Below are positions 39,396 through 52,020 of a stretch of 64,000 nt of DNA, piece after piece. The DNA comes from Camelus dromedarius (Eukaryota), in the NCBI RefSeq assembly GCF_036321535.1, contig NC_087436.1, positions 61,754,001-61,818,000 on the forward strand, read 5' to 3'. Made by a program: the position numbers and the translations under genes. The notes beneath the pieces are model-generated. The model was not told the origin of the DNA, ran no database searches, and saw only the letters and a list, made by a program, of their open reading frames with translations. Every line of letters begins with the position of its first letter. Position 1 is the stretch's first letter.

Positions 39396-41641
39396 TTTTT
39401 GTTTTTTATTGACATATAGTCAGTCAGTTTATAATGTTGTATCAATTTCTAGTGTACAGTATAATACTTCAGTCATATAGGAACATACATATATTTGTTT
39501 TCATACTCTTTTTCGTCATAAGTTATTACAAGATATTGATATAATTCCCTGTGCTATACAGTAAAAACTTATTGTTTATCTATTTTATGTATATTAGTTA
39601 GTATCTGAAAATCTCAAACTCCCAGTTTATCCTTTCCCACCCTCTTCCCCCTGCCACTGGTAACCGTAAGTTTGTTTTCTATGTCTGTGAGTCTGTTTCT
39701 GCTTTGTAAATAAGTTTGTCTTTTTTTTTTTTTTTTAATTCCACATATAAGTGATATCGCATGGTACTTTTCTTTCTCTTTCTGGCTTACTTCACTTAGA
39801 ATTACAGTCTCCATGTTCATCCATGTTGCTGCAGAGGACATTATTTTATTCTTTTTTATGTCTGAGTAGTATTTCATTGTATAAATATACCACATCTTCT
39901 TTATCCAATTATCTGTTGATGGACATTTAGGTTGTTTCCATATCTTGGCTACTGTAAACAGTGCTGCTATGAACATTGGGGTACATTCGTCTTTTTGAAT
40001 TAAGGTTCCCTCTGGATCTATGCCCAGGAGTGGTATTGCTGGATCATATGGTAAGTCTGTTTTTAGTCTTTTGAGGAATCTCCATACGGTTTTCCATAAT
40101 GGCTGCACCAAACTACATTCCCACCAACAATGTGGGAGGGTTCCCTTTTCTCCACACCCTCTCCAGCATTTATCATTTGTGGACTTTTGAATTATGGCCA
40201 TTCTGACTGGTATGAGATATGATACCTCATTGTAGTTTTGATTTGCATTTTTCTGATAATTAGTGATATTGAGAATTTTTTCATGTGCCTATTGGCCATT
40301 TGTTTGTCTTCATTGGAGAATTGCTTGTTTATGTCTTCCACTCATTTTTGGATTGAGTTGTTCATTTTTTTCTTATTAAGTTGTATGTGCTGTTTATATA
40401 TTCTGGAGACTAAGCCCTTGTCAGTCTCATCATTTGCAAATATTTTCTCCCATTCCATAGGTTGTCTTTTTGTCTTTCTTATGGTTTCCTTTGCTGTGCA
40501 AAAGCTTATAAGTTTAATTAGGTCCCATTTGTTTATTTTTGCCTTTATTTCTATTGCTTGGGTAGATTGCTCTAGGAGAACATTGCTGAGATTTTTGTCA
40601 GAGAATGTTTTGCCTATGTTTTCTTATAAGAGGTTTATAGTGTCTCATCTTATGTTTAAGTCTTTCAATCATTTTGAGTTTAGTTTTGTGTATGGTGTGA
40701 GGGAGTATTCTAACTTCATTGGTTTATATGTAGCTGTCCAGTTTTCCCAGCACCATTTGCTGAAGAGCCTGTCTTTACTCCATTGTATGTTCTTGCCTCC
40801 TTTGTCAAAGATTAGTTGACCAAAGTTTGTGGGTTTATTTCGGGCTCTCCATTCTGTTCCATTGATCCATATGTCTGTTTTTGTACCAATACCATGCTGT
40901 TTTGATTACTATAGCTCTCTAGTATTGTCTGAAGTCCGAGAGGGTTGTTTCTCCAGCTTCAGTAATGCTTTGGCAATTCTGGGTCTTTTGTGATTCCATA
41001 CATATTTTAGGAATATTTGTTCTAATTCTGTGAAAAATGTCCTGGGTAATTTGATAGGTATCACATTAAATCTGTAGATTGCTTTGGGTAGTATGGCCAT
41101 TTTAATAATATTAATTTTCCAATCCCAGAACATGGAATATCTTTCCATTTCTTTAAGTCATCTTTAATTACCTTAGTCAGTGTTTTGTAGTTCTCTGCAT
41201 GTAAGTCTATCATTTCCTTGGTCAGATTTATTCCTAAGTATTTTATTTTTTTGGATGCAATTTTAAAATAGTTTCTTTTCTTTCCTTTTCTGATATTTCA
41301 TTGTTAGTGTAAAGAAACGCCACTGATTTCTGTATGTGAATCTTATATCCTGCTACCTTGCCAACTTCTTTTATTAGCTCTAGTAGTTTTTGTGTGGAAC
41401 CTTTAGGGTTTTCTGTATGTAGTATCATGTCATCCACATATAATGACAATTTTACGTCTTGTCTTCCAATTTGGATCTTTTTTATTTCTTTTTCTTGTCT
41501 AATGGCTATAGCTAGGTCTTCCAATACTATATTGAATAGAAGTGGTGAGAGTGGGCATCCTTGTCTTGTTGTAGATTTTAGAGGAAAGGCTTTAAGCTCT
41601 TCATCATTGAGTATTATGCTGGCTGTAGGTTTGTCTTAAAT
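39396..41641 (-). mobile_element. Relatively young 5'-truncated LINE-1 (camelid-type): ORF2 3' half with frameshifts plus 3' UTR
   Basis: ORF 41243..41524 contains the RT motif SLYVDDMI; 40909..41148 has [12 protein letters not shown]; 39614..40201 has the cysteine-rich knuckle [18 protein letters not shown] and [11 protein letters not shown]; tail 'ttttattgacatatagtcagtcagtttataatgttg' resembles camelid L1 ends. Confidence 0.95.
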
Positions 41642-41839
41642 AGAGAGCTCATACCAATCCTTCTCAGCCTTACAGAGGCTTTATAGTATGCGTTAATGTT
41701 TAATAGGGCTATATCTCTATCAGTACAGTGATTTTTGGCTCCTTGATTGTTTTCCAAATGAGTTTATAATATTGAAATAGTCTCCAAAGTAGTTTCCTGC
41801 CTTTCATGTTTTTTGTTTCTATTGTATAGTCTCCACATG

Positions 41840-42380
41840 GCTTCTGTTGTACCATTTAAAACATACATCAGATCTCATCTGTTCTCTGCTCAAAGCCTTC
41901 CATTGTCTTCCCAAATCAATTAGCAGAAGGACAAAGTTCCTAAATGACTTCAAGTCTCCTACATGACCCAACCTTGTTAATCTTATCACTCATTCTGTGT
42001 CAGCCACAGTGGCATCCTTATGGTGCCTTGAATACACCAAGCACACTCTCAACTCAGAGCTTTTACAATTGCTCTACACTCTGCCCAGTATACCCTTTCC
42101 CTTGAAGTCTGCATTTCACTCTATACTCAAAAGTCTCCTTCTGAAAAAAGATCTTTTCTAAATGTCTTTTGTTAAAAAAATTCACTTTCATTCTCACTGG
42201 CTTTTTAAAAATAACATTTATCATCATCTGAAATATTATATATGTGTATTTTTCATTTTTTATTTTTCAACATATCCCAATTAGGCATTTTAACTTTACT
42301 TCACTGTTGTAGCTCCAGTACCTGATAAGGTACTTGGCACAAAATAAGTGCTCAGTAATTATTAGCTGAATGAATAAGTA
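41840..42380 (+). mobile_element. LINE-2 3' portion
   Basis: 'atcagatctcatctgttctctgctcaaagccttccattgtcttccc', 'cagccacagtggcatcctt', 'ttggcacaaaataagtgctcagtaattattagctgaatgaata'. Confidence 0.8.
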
Positions 42381-44084
42381 AGTAATATGCATGGTTCCTT
42401 TAATTGATTAATAGCTCTTCTTATGGAGGTTGCACAGTGCTAATGTTCCATAAAGCACTGTTAGTAAACTGTAATATATATAGTAAGTATTAGACAATGG
42501 TGTTTTTATTTAAACTTGAGGGGAAACTCATTAGTTTCTGTTTTGCTTTGATTGTTGACAGGCTAAATGATGATATTGAATTAAGCCATTTTTTCCTGCC
42601 TCTGTTTACACATGTCCCAACTGCATCTAGAATATATTCTTTTATCTTTTTAAAAATCCACCCTTTGTGTGTTGTACAGAATAAGTATCTCTCAAATATT
42701 TGTCTCCTTTTCTTTTCTGCTTATCTTCAATATATTCAGCAAGTTTGGCTAACAGAGTTCAGCTTGTAATCCAACTCAGAGATTCATTTGAGACCGAGAA
42801 GAATTAATGTGTTGAGATGGTTTAGGTGGCTTAGTCAGGGCTCAGGTGGAGTGTCTTTGATAAGTCATGATTACCTAGGGCCAGAAAGGATGAGGGACAG
42901 CATGAGTGAAACACGTTTTTCATGTTTGAATTACAAGGTAAGTTCCTGGGAGAAATTAATTTATTCATTTAAAAAAAATCTTTTCACTAACGTAGAACAT
43001 CATTAATATATTTCATGTAATAGATACCCCATACATATTTGTTATTTGCATGATTAGTCTGTAAATGCTAAAGAAACACTTATTTGCATCCTGAGATGAA
43101 TCTCATCCCTCTGTTTCCTAGGCAACTTTTTACTTTATAAAAGATCATTAATTCCTAATATATTGTTAGGCAAACCTTTCTGTGGCACCCAAATGTCACC
43201 TGTTCATATATCATAAAATAAGAGTTCTATTAGTTATTGTATGGGAGAAAAGTGTCTCTTTTACCTGTATACCTTTCTTGTGCAAAATAAACATAATTTA
43301 TTTTATTCTTGGGGTTAAAGGTGTTGTAATGCTCCTCAAAATAAGTTATTAAACACTGCTAATATTTAGTAGCTCAGTGTGAATTCTTCTTGAACACAAT
43401 AGGAATCCACTTATCATTTTCCTAACTGGTAAAATCATGCTGCTGACATAAATAAGAAGAGATATAATTTACAGTGCCTAATTTATAAAAGAAAGTTTCC
43501 CAGTGAATTGCCTCATTCTCAAAACAAAAACATACTATACCAAAGAATACAGGTATACATTGGTATTTCATTGTATTTCCAAGAGTCATCTCTTGGCCTC
43601 TAGGGCAGAGATTTGAAGCAGTAGGTGAAAAGCATTCAATTTCAAAGCACTTGCCAAACTTCAACATGAAATCAAACTTTTTATGTGTGTATATTTGATT
43701 GTTTCTTCTCTGAGTTCTCAGCCTAATTGTTGTTTTTGATTTTTTTAAACAAATTCCATTTAACCAAGCATAGTCATATTAACAGACCTTGCTTCTATAA
43801 TCTCTATGGGTTTACTTGTTCTTACCACAAAAAGAAAATAAATCATGCACAACAGTCAATGAATGCCTGAACAATGGCTAGTAATTATATTTTTACTATT
43901 TTTTTCTTTTTCTTACATCCATCAATCCATCAAATCTGTCAGCTAAGCTGTTAGGAATGTGATCTAAAAGCTGTCATCTCTAGACAAAAAACTTCTTGAG
44001 TGTGGTGGTCTTTGGCTGGCAACAGGGTGTGGTTCAAGTCAGTGGAACTGTGAGAAGCATAAGGAATTTGATGTTAGCCATATT

Positions 44085-44235
44085 TGATAAAGCTAGATTC
44101 ATATCCCAGCTTTGTTAGTTATTAAATGATTTAACTTCATCAGTCTCAGTTTTTCCATCCATAAAATGGAAAGAAAGGTAATTAGCTTAAAAACTTGTTA
44201 TTTTCTAAAAGAATGCTTAGTATATAAGACATAAA
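44085..44235 (+). mobile_element. MIR SINE fragment
   Basis: Core 'tttaacttcatcagtctcagtttttccatccataaaatgg'. Confidence 0.65.
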
Positions 44236-44826
44236 TCTATAGACAGAGATAAGCCAAATACATCCAAATTTGAGTAATTAATTTGCCTTGTTTAATTTAA
44301 TGCTACAATTTTTGTATCACGTTATCAGTACACCTTCTATGTTCTCTTCTAATACTTTGATATACAGAAATAAGCTTAGATAAGTCTACGCATAAAGCAT
44401 GCCAGGAATGCTTAACTCAACTGTCACAACATCTTTGTTGCTTTCTAATTAGTTCTTCACACATACCACCAAAATAGTCTTTCACATATACAAATCAAAC
44501 TATGTTACTACTTGTTCAAAATTATTCAGTAGTTCCCATTCATTCATGCTAAAGAATAAATCAGATACTCATTGAAAATCTAACCACAGTCAAATTTCCA
44601 CTCTTCTCTCTCATTGCAACATAATATTCCAGAAACAATGCCTCCTGATAAACTCATCTACCTCAAATGCAACTCTCCCTGAAGGTCTCTTCTGAAATAC
44701 CAGGCAAATGTAAGTTCTTTTCCACTCCCACTCTGTTAAAGCTATTATGGTTTTGTATTGAAGCATGTGTATGAGTGAATGAATTGTGAATCTAAGACTC
44801 AGTGATGGGATGGTCACAGATGCAAC

Positions 44827-45293
44827 TTTTTTTTTTTTTTTTACTGTTGTATAGTTGATGTACAATATTATATAAGTTACATGTGTACAATATAATGATT
44901 CACAGTTTTTAAAGGTTGTATTCCATTAGTTATCATAAAATATTGGTTGTATTCCGTATTTTGTACCATATATACTTATAGCTTATTTTATACATAATAG
45001 TTTGTATCTCTTAGTCCCTTACCCAGTATTGCCCCTCCTCCCTTCCCTCTCCCCTCTTGTAAACACTAGTTTGTTCTCTACATCTGAGTCTGCTTCTTTT
45101 TTGTTATATTCACTAGTTCGTTGTACTTTTTAGATTCTGCATATAAGTGATATCACACAGTATTTGTCTTTCTCTGTCTTGACTTATTTCACTTAGCATA
45201 ATACCCTAAGTCCATCCATGTTGCTGCAAATGGCAAAATTTCTTTCTTTTTATGGCTGAGTAGTATCCCATTGTGTATGTGTGTGTATATATA
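44827..45293 (-). mobile_element. LINE-1 3' end, cetartiodactyl-ancestral type
   Basis: Poly(T) at 44827-44842, then 'gtatagttgatgtacaatattatataagttaca', 'cccctcctcccttccctctcccc', 'catataagtgatatcacacagtatttgtctttctctgtc', 'catccatgttgctgcaaatggcaaaatt'. Confidence 0.88.
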
Positions 45294-46559
45294 TTTATTA
45301 GAAAAATTCTGGAGTTAAAGTTGTCTCTCAGATTATCTAATGTTTCATAATGTTTCATGTATTTGAAATGTAAAAAGGTACTTAGCTAATTTTAATATAA
45401 GTCCTATTGAACTGAATGAAATGAAAGAAAAAGGAAACTTATGGATGCATACTCTGTATAGAATCAAAGAATTTTATATATACACAAATAGTTGATTAGA
45501 GTAGATAAAAGTCTGGCACATGGACCCAACCACATTTTGCTGTAGAGTAGAAATTAAAGGCCCATCATCTCTAAGACTGTATCCCTGATGTGTTAATAGA
45601 ATAAGGTTCAGTATAACATGGACTTGAGACTCTAATAATCTGGAAATGTGGCTTCAAAGGAATTTTCCTTCATTTAGTATAGTAAATTTTGGATTTCCAA
45701 TTGGATCAAGTAGCAAATCTTTTTCAATTTTTGTTTCCTCTCCTGGTATCAAGGTTTGTGTGTGTGTGTGTGGTTACTAGGTATATTTCAGGAGATCCTC
45801 TCTATCCTGTTCATATTTGTATGTTTTCTTCTAAATGTGTCCCACTTTTTTATAAGTGTCTCAAATAAATACTGTCAGGTTTAGGGGGTCTTCCATGATG
45901 ATTATAGTCTTACTGGGTTTGAAGTGCCCTATGCTAAAATCAGATTTAAATTAACCTCTTGACATGTTGCTAAATCATGATACTCAGTTGAACCCAGACC
46001 CTTTGTTGGTTCATTTTACAATTATCCATTAGGGTATGATGTCTTCTAATTCTTTAACAAGAACAGGGATTGAAACATTCTGTGCCATCAGTATTTTTTC
46101 CTGTGATTTTAAAAATTGGGATCTTTTTGGGTGACAGAGGCATAAGCAACAGTAGTAAAAATATGTAATACGTCCTAGGATCCCAGTTAAGTAATTTGTT
46201 TTTGGAAATGTGGACTTCTTCTTCCACATGAGTGACTATTTGATGGGCTCATATATTGCACAGGGGATCAATCTATCACCCAAGAGTTCCGTAGAATGGA
46301 AATTAATGCCTGATTGAAACAAATAATCAATAGTCACAGGATAAGGGTCATTCTCTTGAGTATACATTGATCATGGCTTGTGCTGGAATAAAAACACATA
46401 ATTCAACACAAGACACAAGATATCCAAGACACAAGGTAAAGGCCAAGACTCATAACTCAGCTCTACTTTAGAAAGGGCCCCAATTCCATACTTCTGCTTC
46501 TAAACACCAGTTGTTAAAACTTGCAACTTAGGCTCATAAATCTAAAACAGAGACTTGGT

Positions 46560-47101
46560 AAGAGTGGTAAAAATGCAAGAGTGGGCACAAAGCCCAGTTT
46601 TGTACCAGCAGGCAGCAGTGCAGCTGGAAGTCCAGGCTAGCCAGTAGGCAGCCACTCCCAGGGCGTGCCCAGGCAGGCGGCAGAGCCAGTTCACAAGTCA
46701 AAGGAAGTCCTGCACACACTGGTGGTCATCTCCTTGATCATTCTGCTCACAGCACCATTCCCAAAAATTGGTTCAGATGTCAAGACAGATGTCACACAAG
46801 CACCAAGAGGATATGAAAAGGTTTATTTTGCACAAAATAGGACAGTACAGGTACACAAGCTTGTCTGGAATGGCTTGAGCTATGTGAGATGTAATGGCTT
46901 TGGTTGGTATTGTGGTTAAGGAATGGGGCTGGAGGGAACATTTTCACATATGGAGTAAAGTTTGCATGTTTTGATCTTACCTTTGGGTGCCATGGGAAGG
47001 AACCCAGATTTTCTTATGTAAGGACAAGAAGGGATAATGGAGAGGTGGTCCTGAAAGCTGTCAGAGGTCAAACATCAAGAATGGAGTCAGACTTTAGTAC
47101 A
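46560..47101 (-). mobile_element. Truncated class III ERV: MER54-like 5' LTR (~46758-47101), PBS and short leader
   Basis: The minus strand begins 'tgtactaaagtctgactccattcttgatgtttgac' and has 'aataaaccttttcata' and 'gacatctgaaccaattttt' as in MER54; a tRNA-complementary 18-mer and a GC-rich leader follow directly. Confidence 0.75.
46740..46757 (-). promoter_or_regulatory. Retroviral primer-binding site (tRNA-Ser-like)
   Basis: Minus strand TGGTGCTGTGAGCAGAAT versus TGGCGCTGTGAGCAGGAT, the complement of the tRNA-Ser(CGA) 3' end plus CCA as I recall it; 16/18 match, adjacent to the LTR. Confidence 0.75.
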
Positions 47102-48451
47102 TGAGTTGATCATTTAATGAAACCTTGATTTGCAATGTTTTCTCAAGTTGTCCACCAATGATTTTCTTCTTTTTTTTTTCCACTTCGCCAAACTCAAAAG
47201 GCTTCTGATATAAGACAATGATATACTTTTCTTGGTTTCTGTCCATACTACATGTAAGAATTAAATCAGTTTCCCAAATTTTACTTATAATTACCTGTTC
47301 ATTGTTTTTCTTTACTGCTCAATTATAAGCTCCCAGAGGACAGGAATAGCATTTGAGTTTTGCACCACTGGCATATGATGGGCATCCAAAAAGATCCATT
47401 AAATGAGATATGGGTATAGCATCTTTTAGCTACTCAATTCATGGAAAAGTTGCTAAGCACATTCAATTCAAAGAGAGAAGAATACTCTCTTAAAAATCAA
47501 TAAAGCACAGTGTAATATCAAAATAAACAAAATGCACAGGTTTGCTCCTTATAGGCTATGTTGTCTTTGACAAAGCATTTAATATCTCTAAGTCTCATTT
47601 TCCTAATCCATGTAATGGAGAAGTCTTTTCCCTGAAAAACTGTGAATATCTTTTTCCATGATTTTGTCTCTAGAGGGAATCTAAACGATAAATTACTACT
47701 TAAATATTAACAGAATTTTGTCATTCCTTCACCTGAATAGTCATCTTCTATTGATAAGTAAGAAATACTTGAGGGCATTAAGCTCAAAGGGTAGATGTAC
47801 AATACATTTTAAGAGGGGACTAGAATGTCACCCCACTAAAATTGAGTTCCATCCACCTAAATGAGAGTTCCTCTGTGCCCTCTTAAACGGTGCTTCAGAA
47901 TCATTGCTTATGCACATTAACAAACGTTACAGAATAATTAAGGAGAGTAGAAATCATTATAATGTCAGCCCTTCCTATTATTGAATTGTAACCACTCGAT
48001 TCGGAACTGCCTAAAGCAGTTGCTGAATGCAATAGATCCAACTATATCTCCTTCAGAGCCCACGGAACCATCTTGCTGTAGCCTGCAGGTTTCACACAAG
48101 GCCCTTCCCTCAATTAGGATTTAATCACCTTGGAGAACAGCTGAGAATTTCAATCATTATTTTTTTTTCCAAGTTCCCATCAATCTTGTCTATTGAAGTA
48201 ATTTGATTTTTTTTTCTTCCTGTACAAGCATACTAAATCTTCTTAGTGGAGAAAAATGATGGGGGGAAATAAAGTGGAAAAAAACTAATTTTTACAGGAT
48301 ATTTAAATGAAACTTCTAAAGAATTGTTGTTTTAAACCACTCCATTATACCTGTACCTTAATACCTTGGGGACAGGAAGGATTCCCTTTGAGGGCCTTAG
48401 TTCTTACTACTTTCTAAAGCAATTTGGGCCACATTTGCTGCTCAGGTCTGG

Positions 48452-48706
48452 AGGCAACACATACTGTGGTTAAGAGCTAGGCATTTAGAGACACATGGCT
48501 CTGGTTTCAAATTCCAGCTTCATCACTTATGAACCATATAACCTATGTTCATTTATCATCCTTGAGACTCAGTTTCCTTAAACCTAAGAAGAAAAAGTAA
48601 TAGTAGCTACTTTGGATGAAGACTGAAAATTAAATGCAGGCCATGATCTTAAGGAACTAGAACAAGTCCTAGCACATAATCATATTTTAAAAGGGTAGCT
48701 ATCATT
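48452..48706 (+). mobile_element. MIR SINE, near full length
   Basis: 'gtggttaagagctaggcatttagag...ggtttcaaattccagcttcatcactta...gactcagtttcctta...cctagcacataat'. Confidence 0.8.
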
Positions 48707-49734
48707 TTTTATCCCTTATTCTCTACTACCTTTGAAACACCTATCTTAAATCCTTTATTAGGTTAATTAAATAAGATGGATTTTTCTGAAAACTAACATT
48801 GTCTTGGGGGTATCTAGAATTAGTCATCATTCATCTTTTAAAGTAATAGAGTTCAGTGATATCCACAAAGGGAGGCCAAAGTGGGGAGAAACATTGTGTT
48901 TATCTTTGCTTTTATTCTATCTTTGAATATTTGGAGATTAAATTTTAGCTGATTATTAAATACATTTATTGGCATATAATGATTAGTCATTCACTATCGA
49001 TGAGTCAAAACATTCCTTCTATTTAAAAATTGTTTTAAATTCTTTGAGATTTCTGTAGGAAAATAATGTGAGGCAAAGTTTTTAAAATAAACTATCAACA
49101 CTGTATCTTTTAACCTTAAATTAAGGCTACAAGTACTCGTAGACAATCGTTTTTAGTTCTTTCATTACACTTTGTTCTTACTCTGGCTAGACATCGGTTG
49201 ACATTGCCTTGAAATTGTGTTTCTGTTTCCTTCCCTGCCTCTGCATCCTGAGATTCTCAAGGACGGAGACCACATGATTCATTTTTGCATCTGCTAAGAC
49301 CTCAAACGGAAGCCATAGTAGATGTTAATAGCCTTTTATTGAATGAGGAAACAAATGCATGGGTGACTGGGCACTCCCTGCTATCAGGTCAAATTAGAAC
49401 TTTATTTATCCTTTTGCATTCAGAGGGATCCTCCCGATTTTAAAAGCCATCAGAGAAGAGCATTTTATAAAACTTTCTTATATTGTGTTTAATTACCATT
49501 TCTGTCAAGGAATTTTTTCTTCTCTAGCTGTAATTGCTCATACTTTTGGGACATTTTCTTGAACTTTAGTCTTCGTGTAGGACCACAGAACCCATCCCTA
49601 GTAATATAATAGCTCACATGTATTGAAGAGTATTGTCTTTACCCCTTTTACTCTCCAACCAAATGAATAGTCATATCACCCATTTTTTTACATCTTTTTC
49701 TTAGCTCCTCAAGCTAATTATAGTAATAGCTCTT

Positions 49735-49975
49735 ATAATAATAAGTAATATATGATAATTAATATGTGCTAGGTACCCTCAAGCACTTTGCATGTATCAA
49801 ATAAATTAATCTACAACACTCATATGAGACATATTATTGCTTTCCATGTTTGGCATCTGGGAAAACTGAGGCAGAGACCATTTAATGATTTGCAGAGGTC
49901 AAATAGCTAATAGGTAGCATGCCAGGATGTAAACTCGGAATGTGTGCTCTTGTTCATTAAGCCTCCTAACTGCTT
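49735..49975 (-). mobile_element. MIR SINE
   Basis: 'tatgtgctaggtac...aagcactttgcatgtat...gaaaactgaggcagaga...aggtcaaatagctaataggtagcatgccaggatgtaaactc'. Confidence 0.8.
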
Positions 49976-50097
49976 TCCCCAGAGTGAAAACTTCTCTCTC
50001 CAGCTTATCACATCTCTGGGGTTCAATTGTGTGGTACGGGTGCTGTCTATGATAATGCTGAGTCACACATGGAGGGATAGGGTAAAAAAGATACGAT

Positions 50098-50610
50098 CTT
50101 CTACTATTGGCCAAGGAAGATTAATTGCCGTGAAGTTTACACTCCTTTGATACAACCAGTAAACTGGACAAAATATATGAAATGACTGTTTTTCAACATC
50201 AGACAACAGGCAGTGCAGATCTATGATCTCTAAGAAAGGGGTGAACAAAATGAAGTTAACCTACAATTACTTCGCCTTGATGTCTAAAGGTAGTCTCCAG
50301 GTTGCTATGGAGGGAGGTAGGGAGTGAGAGAGAGCCTAGCAGTCACCCTGAATTGAGAATAGAAACCAGAGTGACAAGAAGGCAGCGTGGCTGGAATGTG
50401 TAGGGCATAGCATAGGAGAGAAGGCAGAAAGAGATCTGGAGATTTGCAGAGCGGTGATGCTCTAGCCTCTGGCCGTGTGCTTATTTGGACATTCATGAGA
50501 TGAAACTATACAAAGCTGGTGGAAAAAACACTAAAAAATAGTAGCTGAATAATTTCCAGCACTTATTCTGGTATAAGAATAGTTTGTGTTCCCATTAGAA
50601 TAGAGGGAAG
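50098..50610 (+). mobile_element. Old LINE-1 5' end fragment (L1ME-type 5' UTR)
   Basis: 'aaactggacaaaatatatgaaatgactgtttttcaacatcagacaacaggcagtgcag' and 'gaatagtttgtgttccca' resemble L1ME 5' ends. Confidence 0.65.
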
Positions 50611-51451
50611 TGACTCAAAGCACCATGAATCTTGGTAGTAGGACGCCTTACTTTTAGAAAACAGAATTTTGTGTGTGCTTGTGCTCACTATGTCACCTGC
50701 ATTTATATAGGAACAATCAAATTGAGTTTTCTAAATTTTTTTTTCTTTGGTGTCTCCTGTTGGGAAAAGAAGGGAGCTAGCTCACCTGGTTTTGGATGGT
50801 TGTTGATACATTTAACACTATAGCTAAGAATCTAATCTCATAGAATCCTTATATATGAGGAAATGACCTAACAGATTTCCTTTCAGTTCTTTAGAGCACC
50901 CTGGGCAAGAAGAATAGCCATTGTTGTTAGATAATTGATTATTGCCTTCTGCTCTTTGGAAAATTTAAATCGGAAATTAAGAAGAGACTCCAATGTTGAG
51001 TACAATAATAGAAGAGAATGGGAAAATGGAAAGAAAATAGTGGGTGCCTTTTGCTATTAGAAAATAGGTGTGTTAATAAATATGCTCTGCTTATATCACA
51101 GGTTGCACAAATATGCACACATTTTTATTGTTTCAGCTACAAAAGTCTGATATTCTAGGCTTTCTTCATAAGGAAGTGGATAGCTGTAAGGAAAATTTGA
51201 TATCACTTACAATTAGAGTGAGAAGCAACCTGAAGATAATTGTTAAAGGCAAATATCTTTTGATTTAGATTTCCAAATTTCTAAATCAGCCAACTGATTT
51301 AGTGCAAATATGGAAAGTGTTCAATTTCTGATCAGTATCTCAGAAGGAATGATGATCAGTAGTAGGCTGTGACTTATCAAAAAAATATTTAATCTCTTGG
51401 TTTGATAGTTATCATTAGTTAAGTCAGGTTAATAATGAACCCTTTACCTAC

Positions 51452-52020
51452 TGTGTTAATTTTCTATTACTGCATAACAAATCATCATAAGCTTAGCAGC
51501 TTAAAAAAGCACACATTTATTATTCCACAGTTTCTGTGGGTCAGGAATCTAGTCACAGAGTAGCTGAGACCTCTGCTCAAGGTCTTACAAAGCTGCAATC
51601 AAGATGTGACCAGCCTGCATTCCTATCTGGGGATGAGGGAGAATCCACTTCCAAGCTCACTAAGGCTACTGGCAGAATTCATTTTCCTGTGGCTATACTG
51701 GCTTTTGCCAGCTGTCTGCTGGAGGCTACACTCCGCTCCTGGAAGTCGCTCTCAGTTCATAGAGGCCACCCACAATTCCTTGCCACATGGCTTTTCCAAC
51801 ATGGCCCCTTCATCAAGCCAACTAGAGTCTCTTGAGAGTCTGTTAACAAAATAGCCTTTATATAGTAATGCAGTCACAGAAGTAGCATCTCATTATCTTT
51901 GCCATGTTCTGTTGGCTAGTGACAGGCCCCACCCATGCTCAGGGAGAAGGGCTTATACAGGGTGTGTATACTAGGAAGCAAAGATCATGGGCAGCTGCCC
52001 TGGAGTTTATCTGCTGCACC
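51452..52020 (-). mobile_element. MLT1E/F-type (MaLR) solo LTR
   Basis: 'tgtgttaattttctattactgcataacaaatc', 'cacagtttctgtgggtcaggaatc', 'gaatccacttccaagctcact', 'cccacccatgctcagggagaaggg'. Confidence 0.85.

Noticed and set aside
40238..40819. 193-aa hydrophobic plus-strand ORF (also 41358..41639, 5092..5328, 6656..6940)
   Set aside because: Antisense shadows of L1 ORF2, a common artefact that mimics membrane proteins
39614..41524. Reverse transcriptase and zinc-knuckle ORFs as a novel RT system or intact gene
   Set aside because: Ordinary LINE-1 ORF2 fragments, frameshifted and 5'-truncated
42433..42462. Hairpin acagtgct...agcactgt as a possible miRNA
   Set aside because: Only an 8-bp stem that does not extend, and no mature miRNA recognised
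46740..46757. tRNA gene or pseudogene
   Set aside because: Only the 3'-terminal 18 nt including CCA match, adjacent to an LTR, which indicates a PBS
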